NCBI RefSeq assembly: GCF_036321535.1
Contig: NC_087437.1
Span: 97,776,001-97,840,000 of the forward strand
Origin: Camelus dromedarius
Taxonomy: Eukaryota
Reading direction: 5' to 3'
Length of the DNA stretch: 64,000 bases
The notes under the pieces were generated by a model. It worked only from the letters and a program-made list of their open reading frames with translations. It was not told the origin of the DNA and searched no databases. Position numbers and translations under genes: made by a program. Below are positions 49,400 through 62,945 of the stretch, piece after piece; within the stretch, counting starts at the first letter, position 1, and the number at the start of each line of letters is the position of its first letter.

Positions 49400-50560
49400 C
49401 CTTTAAAAATACAAGAGATAAATGACCTAGATCCTGTCTTCCAGGAATTCATGGTAGAATTAGAAAGATTAAAAAGTTCACCATCAATTAGTCAAAAAGG
49501 CAAAAGGCAATGTAAGTGTGATAGAGAAACACAATTTTCAGGAGTGTCATGTAACCATGTTGGCACAGTTGGGGAATATTTCGCAAATAATTAATGCTTT
49601 AACCCAACATTTAAAATGTGTAGGGGTGAGTCAAGTGGCATTCCAAGTTAGCAAATCCCATATGCAAACCATGGAAGCAGGAGAGAGTGTTGGTGTGCAA
49701 GAGATCAAGCTGGATGGACAGATCAGAAAGAGTTCTCTAGGATACTGAAGATAGTGGGAAGCCACTGAAGAATTTTGAATGGATAGTGACATCCTGTTTA
49801 CACCTGAGAAAATCACCTTTGCAATTCTGTGGGTATGATATGTAGGAGATGAAAATGGGGACAGAGAGGGGTTAGGAAGCTCTTCAGGTATCCTGGTAGA
49901 TTTATGGTTGCAGTCTGAACTATGGTAATGATAGAGATGAGGAAGAAGAAGGGACAGATGCAAGACCTATTTAAGAGAGAGTTGATTGGATGCGGAAGTG
50001 AGGAACTGGAGGAAGTGTTGAATAAATCTCAGTTTCTAGCTCAGAAAACTGTGAGGTTTAAGTGTTGTGAAAAATTGTGAGTTTAGTCTGGAGAAGTTTC
50101 AATTTCCCATGCCTGACTCATCCCCATAAAAAATGTCTAGCAGGTGTTGGGTATGTAGGTCTCAAGCTTATGGATATGGACTTGAGTCATTGACTGTAGA
50201 TAAGTAGCTGAAGCCATGAGTATGATTGAGATCATCCAGAAGAAGAGCTTATTGAATAGGATGAGCAGACAGTATATTGGGCATCCTCAGTATTTAAACA
50301 GCTAGAAGAGGGCGAATCTCCAAAGGAAGCTAAGAATTCAGAATGGAAGAGACAAACCAAGGAAAGAGTGTGATTGAAAGGTAGGGAGACTGTCAAAATA
50401 GGAGAAAAATAAAGTGACCAATAGGGCCAAATATTGAAAAGGGATAAACTGAAATAAGAACTGAGCATTTTCCATTGAACTTGGCAATGGAAAGATGATT
50501 GGTGATTTTTATGAAAGCTGCTGAAGTAGGAAACTGACATACTTGATGAGCAAATAATTG
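49400..50560 (-). mobile_element. L2 LINE fragment(s)
   Basis: Antisense L2-like text (gggaagccactgaagaattttgaat..., cattgaacttggcaatggaaag); boundaries approximate. Confidence 0.6.
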
Positions 50561-53119
50561 GGCAGAAGAGGTTGAATTATGATAAGCATTCCAAGTTACA
50601 CAAATCTAGGAATCACTTAAAGACAATGACAAAAATTTTACACCATTATGCTACATTAAGTAACACACCAGAAAAAAAAAAGGTTATGTAAACAGGGGCT
50701 ATTTACATTTAATGAATTTGATTTTTCAAATTTGTATATGTATAGATTACGTTTTCCAAATCTGAGTTCTCTCTCATTCATGATTTGAGAGAAAGAGTGA
50801 TGTCTACACTGGCTTTAAAATTTTGGGACTGTACGTTTAAGTTACAGTATATCATGGAATTTAAATGATGCAAATAAGTAAATATATTTTAAAAGCTTTT
50901 ATTATTAAACTATAAAAACTATATGCATTTTTGTTAAATATTACAGACACCATTTTAGGAGGCCTAAAGTAAGGAGTTGAAATTATTTAATAAGCAAGAT
51001 AAAACAGCAAATTTTAAAATTTGGCAACTCAGTGTCTTAAAGTCCGTATCTTAGCTCAAACAACTAGAAAGCTCTAATTTTTGAATATCACACTTATTTT
51101 CTGTTTAAAGTTAACATCTCAGAACTAGATTGGAAATATTTTCGAGGCATGCCATTATCTGAAATTGTCATTGGCATGAATCTAATGTGCTTTCTTATCT
51201 GCTGTTCAAACAACTGATGTTGAAATATAGCTATTGTTTAAGAGAATGTTTGAAGACAGTGGTTAATTGTGTTCTCAGATCTGTATTTTGAGTAACAGAA
51301 TAAAGTCAGAAATTATTCTTAGGCTAAATTCAAGCTCCCATAATTATATGAATAATTCAATCAAAATGTGCTCAGATGACACAAATAATTAGGAAATTAT
51401 ATGCTTATGAGCCTTAATTCCTAAGGCAGTAGGTCTCAAGATTATTTTGATGATCAACTAATTATGAAGGCTTTATTAGCAAATATAATCTGTCATCAGT
51501 GTATAATAATCATGGTCATAGAATAATCCCCTTGACATACATGTAAAAATCTAGATAAAGTTTTTATAGGTCACAGTTGAATGATTATTTTAACTAGGGA
51601 TACACTATTCAATCTGTCCTATCTTTTCTTCACATATTAATAAGAATTGTACATTACCTGACTTTGTCCTATCCCACAATTGTTGTACAGATTGACTTCT
51701 TGCCTTTTCCTATTATACACTCACTCATTTCCAGAAATGTTTAAAGAGGTGATTAGCAACAATGAAAGCGATTATGTGACTACATGTCTATACTTTCCAA
51801 GTATTCAGTTATTACTCATCTACACAAGTTGCATTTCATCTCATCCTCCCAGCCAACTGCTACCAATTTACTACCCTTAACATCAGTTGGATGAGATATT
51901 CATGCATACTTGTTAATGTTAAATACACTCAAAATTCTCCCTAATGTAACAAAATCGAAGACAGAGTAGAAATATTACACTTAACCACATTGTCTGCCTT
52001 TGGTTAAATTAGCACTGGTTTATAGCGTATTTAAAACCCTGTGACCAGTCCCTAGAGTTTCTGTTCTTAATGACCTATAAGAACAACAAATTAATCTTGC
52101 TCCACATGCTTTGGAGAGTTGTGAGGATCAAGGTAATTTAAGTGAATGCCCTTAGAAAAGAAATATCTGTCTAAAAATCACAAGATGCACATATGTACCT
52201 TTATAATTGCTTTAGGACTAAGGTCCACAAGTTTATGGGACCTGCTGCCTGCTACATACATTTCACTCATTGGAAGGGTCAACTCTTGGTCCTAGGCTTC
52301 CAAAAAGCTGCTTCATCAGTTGATTTAAAGAAGCACCACTTCCTTTTTTCCTGAATACTTATGCGTAAAAGCAAGACCAGAAGAGAGCAAAAGAGAAGGC
52401 GGAAGTACACACCTGGGAAAAGGGAAGTCACAGGAGTTAAATAACCAAGCCCATGTACATCACAATCAATTCAGCTTAAGTGTCACTTTTAGATGCTGCA
52501 TTATTTGGAGACTCAGCATGAAAGCCAGGGATCACTTATTCCCGTGAACTAAAACCGCTGAGTTTTGCACAGTTCTAACTCAAAATGCTGAGGCAGTAAA
52601 TGTTATTAAAAATGCTTTTGTGAAAATCAATGCAATCTTATTTTGAAAATGAATATTTATTTTGTGGAATGGAATAGAAAGACTTAATGTGACATAAAAG
52701 TAGGTTATTGCTTAAGATGGTTTTAAAAGTGCACTGCAGGAAAATGTCCAGCATATTGAGTCAACAGAAACATGATTACTGAAGTCCCTTTCTTATTATG
52801 TTTAAGCCTTTTTGTTAAATATGAATTGTAATATGACATTAGGTAGTATAATAAAAGTAAAATTGAATCTGGTTTCCACAGGGTTTAAATCCATCCCAGG
52901 GTCAATCAATTCATACTGTTCAGTAACAATGACAACAAAACAATTCCAGTTTGGAGTAGTGTAATATTTTGTCACGGTCTCTTGGGCTAATATACTTAAA
53001 ATGGAAAGAACTGAAGCTATACAGTCAGAAGGCCCAGGTTTAAATGGGGGTTTAATTTCTTACTAAGCAAGTCATGTCATCAAGCTCATGAACTGAGTAT
53101 ATCTGAGCTACATCACTCA

Positions 53120-53720
53120 GGGTTGTGTTTGGCTTCAAGCAACAGAATAGCCTAATAATAATAGTTAAACAAGTAGGTGTTTATTTTCTTATGTTATTGA
53201 GAAGAAGGCTGAGAATAGGCTGGTGAACTATCTCAGAAATGTTATCAAAGACCCAGGCCTTTTCTCTCTTTCCACTCCCCATCCTTGTTATTTGGCTTGT
53301 CACCTGTAGTGGCAAAGATGGCTTCTCTGTTGCACAACCATTATGTCTTCAGTACAGACAGGAAGGAGGAAAAGGCTGGAAAAGGAAGGCAAAAACTTCT
53401 CCTCTTGAAGTTTTATGCTTTCTTTTGAAAAAAGAAAGTTCTTCTTGGCTGATTTTCGTTTAGATTTCCTTAGCCATAACTGAGTTATATTCTCAATGCC
53501 AGGCAAAAGTTAATGAGAGTACCAGGACTGGTTTAGGCCAATTATAATTCATTAACTTTGTGGCTGGAATAAGGACATACTCTGAGTTCAAGAGATTTTC
53601 AACTGAAAAAATATCAAATGTTGGCTAGTAGGAAGATGCTCAGGCAGAAGGGATGGCTGTAGGGTAAGGATAATTCATTGTCTTGGCTGTAGGGTAAGGA
53701 TAATTCATTGTCTGTCACAA
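53120..53720. mobile_element. Old MaLR LTR (MLT1J/K-like), containing a perfect 30-bp tandem duplication
   Basis: MLT1-like text; unit tggctgtagggtaaggataattcattgtct at 53654-53683 and 53684-53713. Confidence 0.5.
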
Positions 53721-54438
53721 TAACATTTGTAGTATGACTAGACCATGCATCTTAGTTTGCCAGGGCCAGTCCCAGTTTAGACCCATTGTTCTTGCATAAT
53801 TATTCACTATGTACTCTGGACAAGCTCTTTGAATGGAGGAGAGTGGAGGTACTAAGAGGCTGGCAGTAAGTTGCCATACTCCTTAAGGCATCAACTCAGA
53901 AATGGCATTGTCACATTGGCTCATATTCTATTGGTCAAAGTAAGTCTCATGGCTGAGGCCCTAGTTTATGGGGCAGATACAGGGACTCTACATCTAGTTG
54001 GACAATCTGTAAAGTCAAGTGTCAAAGGGCATATAAAACCCCAGTTGAATAGGAGAAGTTGCAGGTGCAGAGGATGGATTTATTTCTCTTCTGATACAAG
54101 CCTAAAAAGGCAGTGTGGGTTTCTGTGAAAATTAGCTATTTAAATTTTAGTAAAGAAGGCAGGATATGTTGGTACCTCCAAGATGAGATGATTAAATGAA
54201 GTAAGTGTTTCACTGAATAATTGGACGTCTAAACAGCCCTTTTAAAAGCTGTGAATAATGATTATACATTATTGAACTTCAAGATAAAGTTGTATGATTT
54301 TTCAAACACACAGTCTAGTCATTGCAACCTGATCAATAAGATAATTTATAAATCAAGCTATGAAAAAAATGCATGCAAATTAGTTTTAACTTTATTGTTG
54401 GTTTTGCTGAATTGTTTACCTTATTCTTTCATTTTTAG

Positions 54439-54586
54439 AATAATTATTTTAGGCTATAAGAAACCTTTGGAAAGAGAAGATCTTTTTGAACTAAATGAAA
54501 GTGATTCCTCCTATACCGTGTGTCCCATCTTTGAAAAACAGTGGAGGAAGGAAGTTTTAAGGAATCAAGAGAGGCAAAAAGTAAAG
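54439..54586 (+). CDS. ABCC13: ABCC13 coding exon 3: (R)IIILGYKKPLEREDLFELNESDSSYTVCPIFEKQWRKEVLRNQERQKVK
   Basis: tttttag| acceptor; AAG|GTAATT donor; 148 nt; ABCC motif GYK.PLE.EDL. Confidence 0.94.
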
Positions 54587-54654
54587 GTAATTAATTGTTA
54601 AATACTTAGTACTTAATTACTGACTAAAATGAAATAAGCTTGTTCCAATATGAA

Positions 54655-54655
54655 A

Positions 54656-54692
<37 letters not shown>
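54655..54692. repeat. (ATT)n microsatellite
   Basis: Seen directly. Confidence 0.95.
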
Positions 54693-54695
<3 letters not shown>

Positions 54696-55319
54696 ATAGA
54701 AAAATCCCTTTAATATGTGAAATAACAAGCCATCTCCATAAGTACAATTAGTTGTTATTGTAGCTAATTTCTGTCATCAAATTACTCATCATCCCTTCCT
54801 TTCAAAATTCAGGAGCAAAAGTGTTGATACGTATATAATCTTTGGCTGCTCACCAATATCTTTTCTCATCTGTTGTGGCAAAGATGGTTTCTATATCTTA
54901 GAGCTTTATGTCTACTGGTCAGAGGAAGAAATGTAGTGGCCAAGGCCAAAGTTTATTGGGCAGAAATAAGTACTTCACATCCAGCATTGCATCTACACAC
55001 ATATCTTTAGACTTCCCCAAAAGAAAATGTAATTTGAATATAAAAACTTTTATTAAAACAGTTTCAAAACTCAAAAGAGTGATAAAATACAACTATTTCT
55101 TTTTCCATTTATGTTACATGATACAAGTAACACCAAGTGGTCTGGAGACATTCCATACCAATGATATGGGTCATATGTTCAAGTTCAACCAAATTTATTC
55201 CTTTCTTGTTGCTTTATTATTTTTGGATTGCCTTACTAATTTTATGGTTAGCTTATATCTATTTTATGTCTTCATTCTGGACTATTTTCTCATTGTTTTT
55301 ATTTTCTTCAATTATGTAG

Positions 55320-55462
55320 TCATCGTTTCATAAAGAGACACATACCAGGAAACCATCTCTACTGTATGCATTGTGGAACACCTTTAAGTTCGTCCTGATT
55401 CAGGTTGCTTTATTCAAAGTGTTTGCTGTTATTTTGTCCTTCACTTGTCCACTCATAATGAA
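55320..55462 (+). CDS. ABCC13: ABCC13 coding exon 4: SSFHKETHTRKPSLLYALWNTFKFVLIQVALFKVFAVILSFTCPLIM(K), first TM helix of TMD1
   Basis: atgtag| acceptor at 55319; AA|GTAAGT donor; 143 nt; not in the ORF track but in frame with both neighbours; matches recalled human KPSLLYALWNTFKSILIQVALFKVFADILSFTSPLIMK. Confidence 0.92.
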
Positions 55463-55649
55463 GTAAGTTGAAGTTTTTTTTTTTCCTTCCCATGGGTAAA
55501 TGATAAGCACATTTTTCACTGTAAAACTTGTAGTAAGAAAGGGTGGGGGAAGTTTCTTATTACAAATTTTATTTAGGATACAAGCGTTCTGTTAGGCTTC
55601 CCTGCAAATATGAGTGTGAATTATGGTAATATAGTGAGTAATTGCTAAA

Positions 55650-55850
55650 ACCAGACATGTGCTAAGCAGTGTTTTAAAATCTTTATATTAATTATCTTCT
55701 TAAATCTTTACGACAATCCTGACATAGGAAGTAATATTATACCCAGTATCACAATGCTGAAACAGACAAAGAAATTTGAATAATTTGCCTAAGGCCACAC
55801 AGCCAAAAAATGCAGAGTTATGATTCAAATCCAGTCAATCTGGCTTCAGT
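55650..55850 (-). mobile_element. MIR remnant
   Basis: ccagacatgtgctaagc...taatttgcctaaggccacacagc...gattcaaatccagtcaatctggcttcag. Confidence 0.7.
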
Positions 55851-56339
55851 ATATGCTATGAAAATGAAATGATTCATACCTTCACTATTTTTCTTAGCTG
55901 TGGGTCTTTTGGGAATTGTGCTTTATCAGCTAAGGTAATAATATGTAAATATAAGTAAATATATGCATGTGCGTGTATTTATATGTATACATAGACACAT
56001 TTAAAGAAAACTTTTAAGAATTTATCTATAGAACACTATAGAACTAGTATTTCCATAGTATCTATTTGTAAGGATTCACAAGCAGACAATGAAACTGAAT
56101 CCTTGACTGTATGCCATCTCTTTCAAGGGGATATTTCCTTACCTCTAATTATCATATGAAGGAAACACAAGGAAACATGTTTTTAATTATGTATTTATAT
56201 CATAATATATTTAATATATAATTATATATTTTTTTTGTTTTGACTGTATTTCCAAGTTGTTGGAGTCTTTAAGAACAATTTAATTCATGAAAATAGAATT
56301 AATCCTGAGTTGTCTGAACCCCAAATAATATCCAGACAC

Positions 56340-57277
56340 ATATTTATCCAACGTTTATTAAGCACCTGCTACATGCCAAACACTATTCTAAGTAGACTGT
56401 GAGGATAGAGTAAAAGTCAAAAAGCCCCTGTTCTGATGACACTTAGAAGGGAGAGATAAATAATAAACAAATGACTAAATATGAATGATATTAAGAGCTA
56501 ATCAGTGCTAAGGGGGAAAAAACGTACAGCCAGGTAAGGGGGTAAAAGGAATGCCGGCCTGGGGAGTTGGAAGTTGCTGTTCTGTGTGAGGTGTTCTGTG
56601 TGAGACATTGGTTATAAGATGACATTTGAGCCAAGTTCCAAAGGAAGTTAGAGAAGAAGCCAAGGCCATATCTGTTGTAAAGAGGAAGAGCAAAGAGGGC
56701 TAACGCCCTGAGGCAGTAGTGTGCTTGGTGTCTGAGGACCCATAGGAGCCAAGTGAGGCTGGAGCAGAGAAGCTGAGAGGAAGTGATGAGACTGAGGTCA
56801 GAAAGGTTTGTGGGGTAAGGTTTTTGAAGGGCCTTGTGGAATGTGATGAGGATACTGGATTTTACTCTGTGTAAGTCTTTGGAAGATTTTGAGCATAGAT
56901 TGGTATGATGAGACCTCAGTTTTTCAGGAATCACCCCAGCTTCTGTGTGGAGAATAAAGTAAAGAGGACCAAGAGTGGAAGAAGGAACAACTGTTGGAAG
57001 ATAAAGATAATCCAGGCAAAAGTCAACGGCAGCTTCAACTGGGTGGTGAAGGTGATAAGTGGTCGGATTTGGGCTTTATTTTAAAGGTAGAGTCAACACA
57101 GTCCACTTATGGATTGAATGTAGGTTGAGAGATGAAGAAAGGTGTCAAGGATACCTTCATAATGTTTGTTTAAGTCACAAGGTAAATGAGTTACCGTTTA
57201 CTGAGGTATAGAAGGCTCAGGAAAGAGTAGAGTAGGGAGTGGAATTTGCTAAATTTGAAATATGTATTAGCCATTTT
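56340..57277 (-). mobile_element. L2 LINE 3' portion
   Basis: Antisense L2a-like 3' end tttattaagcacctgctacatgccaaacactattcta, then typical L2 body text. Confidence 0.7.
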
Positions 57278-57680
57278 GCAGAAAAGAATTAAAATCGCAG
57301 ATCTGACTGTATCTTTTGGAAGGCCTGCTCGTGGGGTGGGGGCTTTGGCTGGTGATTGGAACTTGGATTTCAGGACGGTCTTCACAACCCTAACTGATGA
57401 GTGGATCAGTATGTCCAAATTGTTTGTACAATCAATATGATCCATGCTGGATATCTGCTTTCCTTCAGGGAGTTTGGGATTTTGGTGTGTGTTAGGAAAA
57501 GGGTGCCCTGCATGCTGAATCTTTGAAGGGCTTCCCTGGTAGATAAGATTTCACGTATTTGCCACAGCTTGTTGCTGGGGGAATTAAGTATGTTCTCTGT
57601 GACTCTACCAAGAGAGGACTTTCTGAAGCTTATGCTTCTTTCCCCCTGGGCTTCACCCCATTCACCTTTTCCTTTTCTCA
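57278..57680 (+). mobile_element. MER21-like LTR fragment
   Basis: tgcagaaaagaattaa...gggcttccctggtaga...cttgttgctgggggaattaag...ctgtgactc is typical MER21 text. Confidence 0.65.
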
Positions 57681-60362
57681 TTCCAAGAAGCTTAGGCAAG
57701 TCTTTTTATGACCTAGGCTTGGAAATATCAGAATGTCACTTTAGCCATATTATTTTGGTCAAGCAAGTCCTTAAGTCAGCTCAGATCCAAAAGGACGGGA
57801 GTTAGTTTCAAAATCAAAATGAGTAGCAAGGGATTCCTAACCATTCTTAGTCATGCTCTGATTTCCATCTGCCAATGACTACTGCTCAAGAAGCTCATTG
57901 GAGAACCACTGTCTTTCCTAAAATAGCTATAGGTCATGGCAATTCAGTGTCTCCATATTCTCCCAAAATTTGCAGTCTATGGGGTTCTAAAGAATTGCTA
58001 AGTCCTTGGCTGTAGGGTAGAGAATGGTCTCCTTAATTTTGTCACATACTTTTATAACACACTAGCTTGAGCATATGTGCAAAACAGTCATTTTAATATT
58101 GCACTGAAATGAGTCAGTTGACATGTCTTTCTCCCTGAGTAGACTATGAACTCTGCCTCCATAGGTAAGGGATTTTATGTTATTCAATCTTTGTGACTTT
58201 AGCTCCTAGCACAGAGCCTGGCAAATAGAAGTCAAACACATTTCCTGAATGAAATAGTGAATAAGTGGGCTTATCCAAGTTACGCTTTTCCAAGAAACAC
58301 TCATTCTAGAGTAGCTGGATAAGCTTAAAATCCCCACATTGAGGGACAACTGAGTTACAAGAAAGAATTTTATGAATTTGTATGATCATAATTTGAGCTT
58401 GAGGGGAACTAATTTTAATAGCTAGTTTTGAGATATATATATATATATATATAGAAAAGTTACTGGAGAGGACTATCTTCAAGGATGAGAATGCATTGTC
58501 ATGTCTCATGTGTAATAACCAAGCATATAAAAATAATACTTTCATTAATTTACTAGTAGAAGAAATGTGTTTTTTGTTGACTGTGGTGCTTATTCTTTTT
58601 TCCCACTTACATGGATTTTATTCTAGTGTCAGTCAAACAAAAAAATGAGTATTTACATCAGATGTCATGAATATAGATTTGTGGTTTTTACCATGCCCTG
58701 ATCACATATTATTTATAGTATTTTCTGGAAATATTTTTAGTATTTCCATATTAATACCTGGTGATAGTCATCTAGTTGTTTGACTTTGTGAAAAAGGAAA
58801 ATGTCTCACTGACAGATACATCCACAGTAAGAAGAGCAGTGCTCCTCTTTCAGGAAATTTAATTCTGAAACCAAGAAAGTTTTTAGTAAGTTGCTTTTGT
58901 AAAAGTAATTTGGTTTCCTAATGAATGGCATCTGATGAAGATCAACTAAAAATATAGAACCTCTTGTTGTGTATGTTTTTATGTCAAATAGCTCACTAGT
59001 GTCATTGAAAATGTATAATACTCAAAATAGGAATTTTCAATGACTAGAAGTTTTAATAGGATTTTTAGAGACATTGGTATATATTTGGTTCCAAGGTACA
59101 ATTTTAATAAAGGTAATTTTTTGAAGTACTTGTTTGATAAAGCATTTCAGGCAACACGAATTACTTTTAACTGTTCATCCGTTAGCTGTCCAAGCTGTTA
59201 ATAAAATAGATCAAAGCTTAGCCATTTATTTTTTTATTTTCTACTTTAAAAATATAAATTCACATTAAAAATGAGTTTTTAAATTCATTTTTCTTAGGAA
59301 AAATTAGGAATAGTCTTGCCTAATCACATATGGTTTCCTTCTGGTTCTAATAACCTGTTAAGTTCACTCAAAGTGTCTGTTCACAATGACAAAGCACATT
59401 TGTGCACCTCCAAAGTTCAAAGCGGGAAGGGTACATTTCTAAAATATCTAATATTACACCTTTTACTTACCAAGTAAGAGGAACTATTTAAGTAGACCAA
59501 GAACAAAGCCTGCAAAATAAATGACATAGTAATTTGTGGTATCTCAGAGTATATATCAAAGTTGTTTCCACCATTATGTAGAGTATATGTAGTTTTTTAA
59601 AATTATTATTTTTAGTCACAGATGCAGTTTTTAAAAGGTTGGGAGCACCTGTATAATGTTATTAACAGTGGACATCAGGCATTCTGAGTTTTAATCAGTG
59701 TTTATAGTGTGGGACAATAAGCAACCAAGAGAGTTATGGCTAGGACCAGCCTGGTTATCTGGCTGTACCCAGCATTGACCTTAATCATGATGACTGTGTT
59801 GTCACCAAACTTAAGAGGAAGTTAGTAAAGGTAGAGGAAAGGGAAATTGCATATGGATAAAAATAATAAGAAGAAGTGAGATACAATTCAGGCCTTTAAA
59901 AAAAGTGTCTGTTTGCCATGTTAAGAGATTCCCTGCTTAAGTTCTAATTGTCATGTTTCCCTATATTTCACAAAATGCTTGGTTTTGGGAAAAAAAGAGA
60001 AATTTTAAATGTCTCAACTTTCATGATGAAGTTAGAACAGAACAATTAACTAATTGATGAGATTAGCGTATGAAAACTAGAAATTAACCTTCTACCAACT
60101 AGCCTTCTACCTACAAGCCAATGAAAATAATCGTTGACTTTACTTTATTATGTAATGCTTGAGTGAAAATAAAGGGGGGAAGGATGCCAAATTGGGCCAG
60201 TAGGGACAAAGAACAGGCAAGAGTGTTTGTGTGCGTGCGTGCACGTATGTGTGTGTGCGCTCGTGTGTGTAACATTTTGACAGCACTTAATTCCCATAAA
60301 CATTCAACTACTTCAGATGTTTAACATTTCTTCCCTTTTCTCCATTTGCATATGACATTCAG

Positions 60363-60540
60363 GCAAATGATCATTTTCTGCGAACACGGCCCCAATTTTG
60401 GCTGGAGTGGCTACGGTTATGCTTTGGCGCTTTTCATTGTTGTTGTTTTGCAAACTCTGATCCTTCAGCAATACCAACGTTTTAACATGCTCGCTTCAGC
60501 AAAAATTAAGACAGCTGTAATTGGACTCATCTACAAAAAG
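60363..60540 (+). CDS. ABCC13: ABCC13 coding exon 5: (K)QMIIFCEHGPNFGWSGYGYALALFIVVVLQTLILQQYQRFNMLASAKIKTAVIGLIYKK; gene continues beyond the window
   Basis: ttcag| acceptor at 60362; AAG|GTAAAA donor; 178 nt; ABCC TM7 and ...IYKK motif; frame continuous. Confidence 0.94.
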
Positions 60541-62802
60541 GTAAAAGATTGAAGGAATTCCCACCTTCTAAATGAAGTAGATCCTTATGTGCTTTAAAAA
60601 TAAGAGAACTGAAAAAATAGAAGAGTATATTAAAAAGTTCTTAATGTGTCCTTTGAATATACATTTATTTTGCTGTAAAAGAACTTTGGCTCATTAATAC
60701 TGGTTGCATTAATTTTTCTAGAGGGTTCTCTCCCTATAGTCCCTGCACTTTCTAGTCAACTGTAATTTATGAAATTAAATGATGTTCTTTGTCCACTGTT
60801 ATATCACTTAACTCCTCCTCTGAACATGAATGGAATTGAATGTTTTCATGGTAATCTAAATTTGTGTATCAATTAAATTTGTTCTTCCCATGATCATTTT
60901 CATTCTACATACTACCTTTTTCCTTCTCTCTCTACTCACTTTGTTTTTTCTTGCAACAAGCCATCCTTCTCTATACAAACATCTGTCTCTCTTTCATGCT
61001 AAGTCCTGTCACCCCCACCCCAAAACCTGACTGATCCTTATACTTCATATGACCCTAAAGTTTATTTGTCCTTTCTTGAAAATACAATTTTAAATACCAC
61101 CTCTTTACCATCCAGAGCCTTTTATTTACATCATAATTATAACAATCAAAGTGCTTCCACACTTCTGTAGTCATCACTGAGTTATTCAATTAAGTGTATT
61201 TTGTACTTTTACTCTTTACTCCTCTATAAATTATGGGCTCTTCAGATCTATAATAGGAACTTATTTACCTGTTGTACCTTTAGCATCTAGGTGAGTGGCT
61301 TTTACACAGTTTTATAAAGGTTGGAAGACTGAGGAAATGAATAAATGAGCCCTTGCCTTCAAGAAATTGGGGAGAACTATTAGCATATCAATAAATGTGT
61401 GCAAATAAATGCAGTTATAAGAGATCAGATATGCAGGAAATCTACAATGTTTGTAGGCAGTTAAGGAAGGTTTCACATAGAAAAGAGCCTTGAAATGGTC
61501 TTTGAGAGAATTGTAGAATTTCTGTAAGTGGAAGGAAGTATAATTTGGGCTGACCTGAGCATGAAGTGTTACAGACCATATTAGGCCAAAATGGAGGCAT
61601 AGAGTGATTTTGGAGATTCTGGAATGACCCAAGACCAATTGAGCCAGGAAATGTAACTGAACTTCCAGCAGAGCTAGCACTGTATAATACAGCCCAAATA
61701 CAGAGTCAGAGAGGCTGCCCTACTTGTAATTCTAGAGGCTGTAAATTCTGAGAAATCCAAACATGGGGAAAAAATATCAAAGAGCCTAAGAATCATTGTA
61801 AATGCTAACACTTGTTTTCCATGTATGATCCATGTCAAAAAGGATTTCATTTATTGATTAAAGCAATGGAGTTTAGGTATAGGCTTTGGGTGGATTTACA
61901 ATCATGAAAGAGTAAACTGCAGTAAAAATTAGAGCAAGCTGTCAGAAATAAAAAGGAAAATCAAGTGTTGTGAGTGAGTCCATTGCAAGGGCAAAGAGAC
62001 CCTGGAGATAATGTAAGAGGGAGTAGAGTCTACAGAAGTGAGACCATATGGTTCCTTAGAGATTGTTTAACAACAAAGGGCACTCAAGGATCAAAGGAAT
62101 ACAGCAATCCAAGCTGGTTTGTTTAGTGGATCCTGCAGTAAGGATGAAGATTTAATTCCAAGTCCATCAAACAAGCAGCAGAAGACATTATGACCTGTAG
62201 TGTTAGGACACCCTAGGATAGCACATGCAGGTGGCTCTGATATAAGGCAGCCTTTCTTCTGAGTCTCTTAGCCTACATCCATTTTCCAGAGGGACTAATC
62301 GGGGTTGCTAAATTTCCCCTCTCCTTTATAGATTTTAGGATTCCATTTTTTTTATCATATTTATATAACTTCAAGATCCTTAAGGGCTGTCAGAGTGGGA
62401 TCAGATGACCCATATTCATGTGACATTGGCCCTATTTCATCAGGGATTTGTATTTGGACCAGGGTAAAGCTGGCCTCATACCCTTTTCTTGACAAGGGGC
62501 GGGGTGTTCAAAAGTTGTTGTTCTGTATCCATCCACATGACTGCTGCTACTTTGGAAGAAAGTTCAGGGAATATCATTTTTTAAGATTTGTGGGAAAGAA
62601 CATAGGTCTCCTTCCACTTGATCTTTGGGTCTCAAACCTCAGATTGTGTTACCCTTAGCTCCCAGGTGCAGGCTCCATGAGGATTCTTGAGGACTTCAAA
62701 AGCAGCATCAGTTAGTCCTCAGCTTAATGTGGGCAGTCTAGGGGCGTTCTTCCATCAGATGCCATCCAATATAAGATTTTGTGATTTAAAAAATATTCTT
62801 TA

Positions 62803-62945
62803 TCTGCACTGCCCAGTACAGTAGCCACTAGTCACATATAGTTGTTAAACCTTTGAAATGTGATTAGTAAGACTAAGGAAGTAAAATGTTAATTTAAAGT
62901 AAATTTAAATTTAATGACCATGTCTAGACTGCCTACATTAGTGGT
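62803..62945. mobile_element. MER3-like hAT fragment
   Basis: ctgcactgcccagtacagtagccactagtcacat...ttgaaatgtg...aaatttaaat. Confidence 0.6.

Noticed and set aside
54908..55333. 141-aa ORF overlapping the ABCC13 exon 4 acceptor
   Set aside because: Intronic low-complexity T-rich sequence in a different frame from the exon.
56491..56934. 147-aa minus-strand ORF
   Set aside because: Lies within a degraded L2 element; chance open frame.
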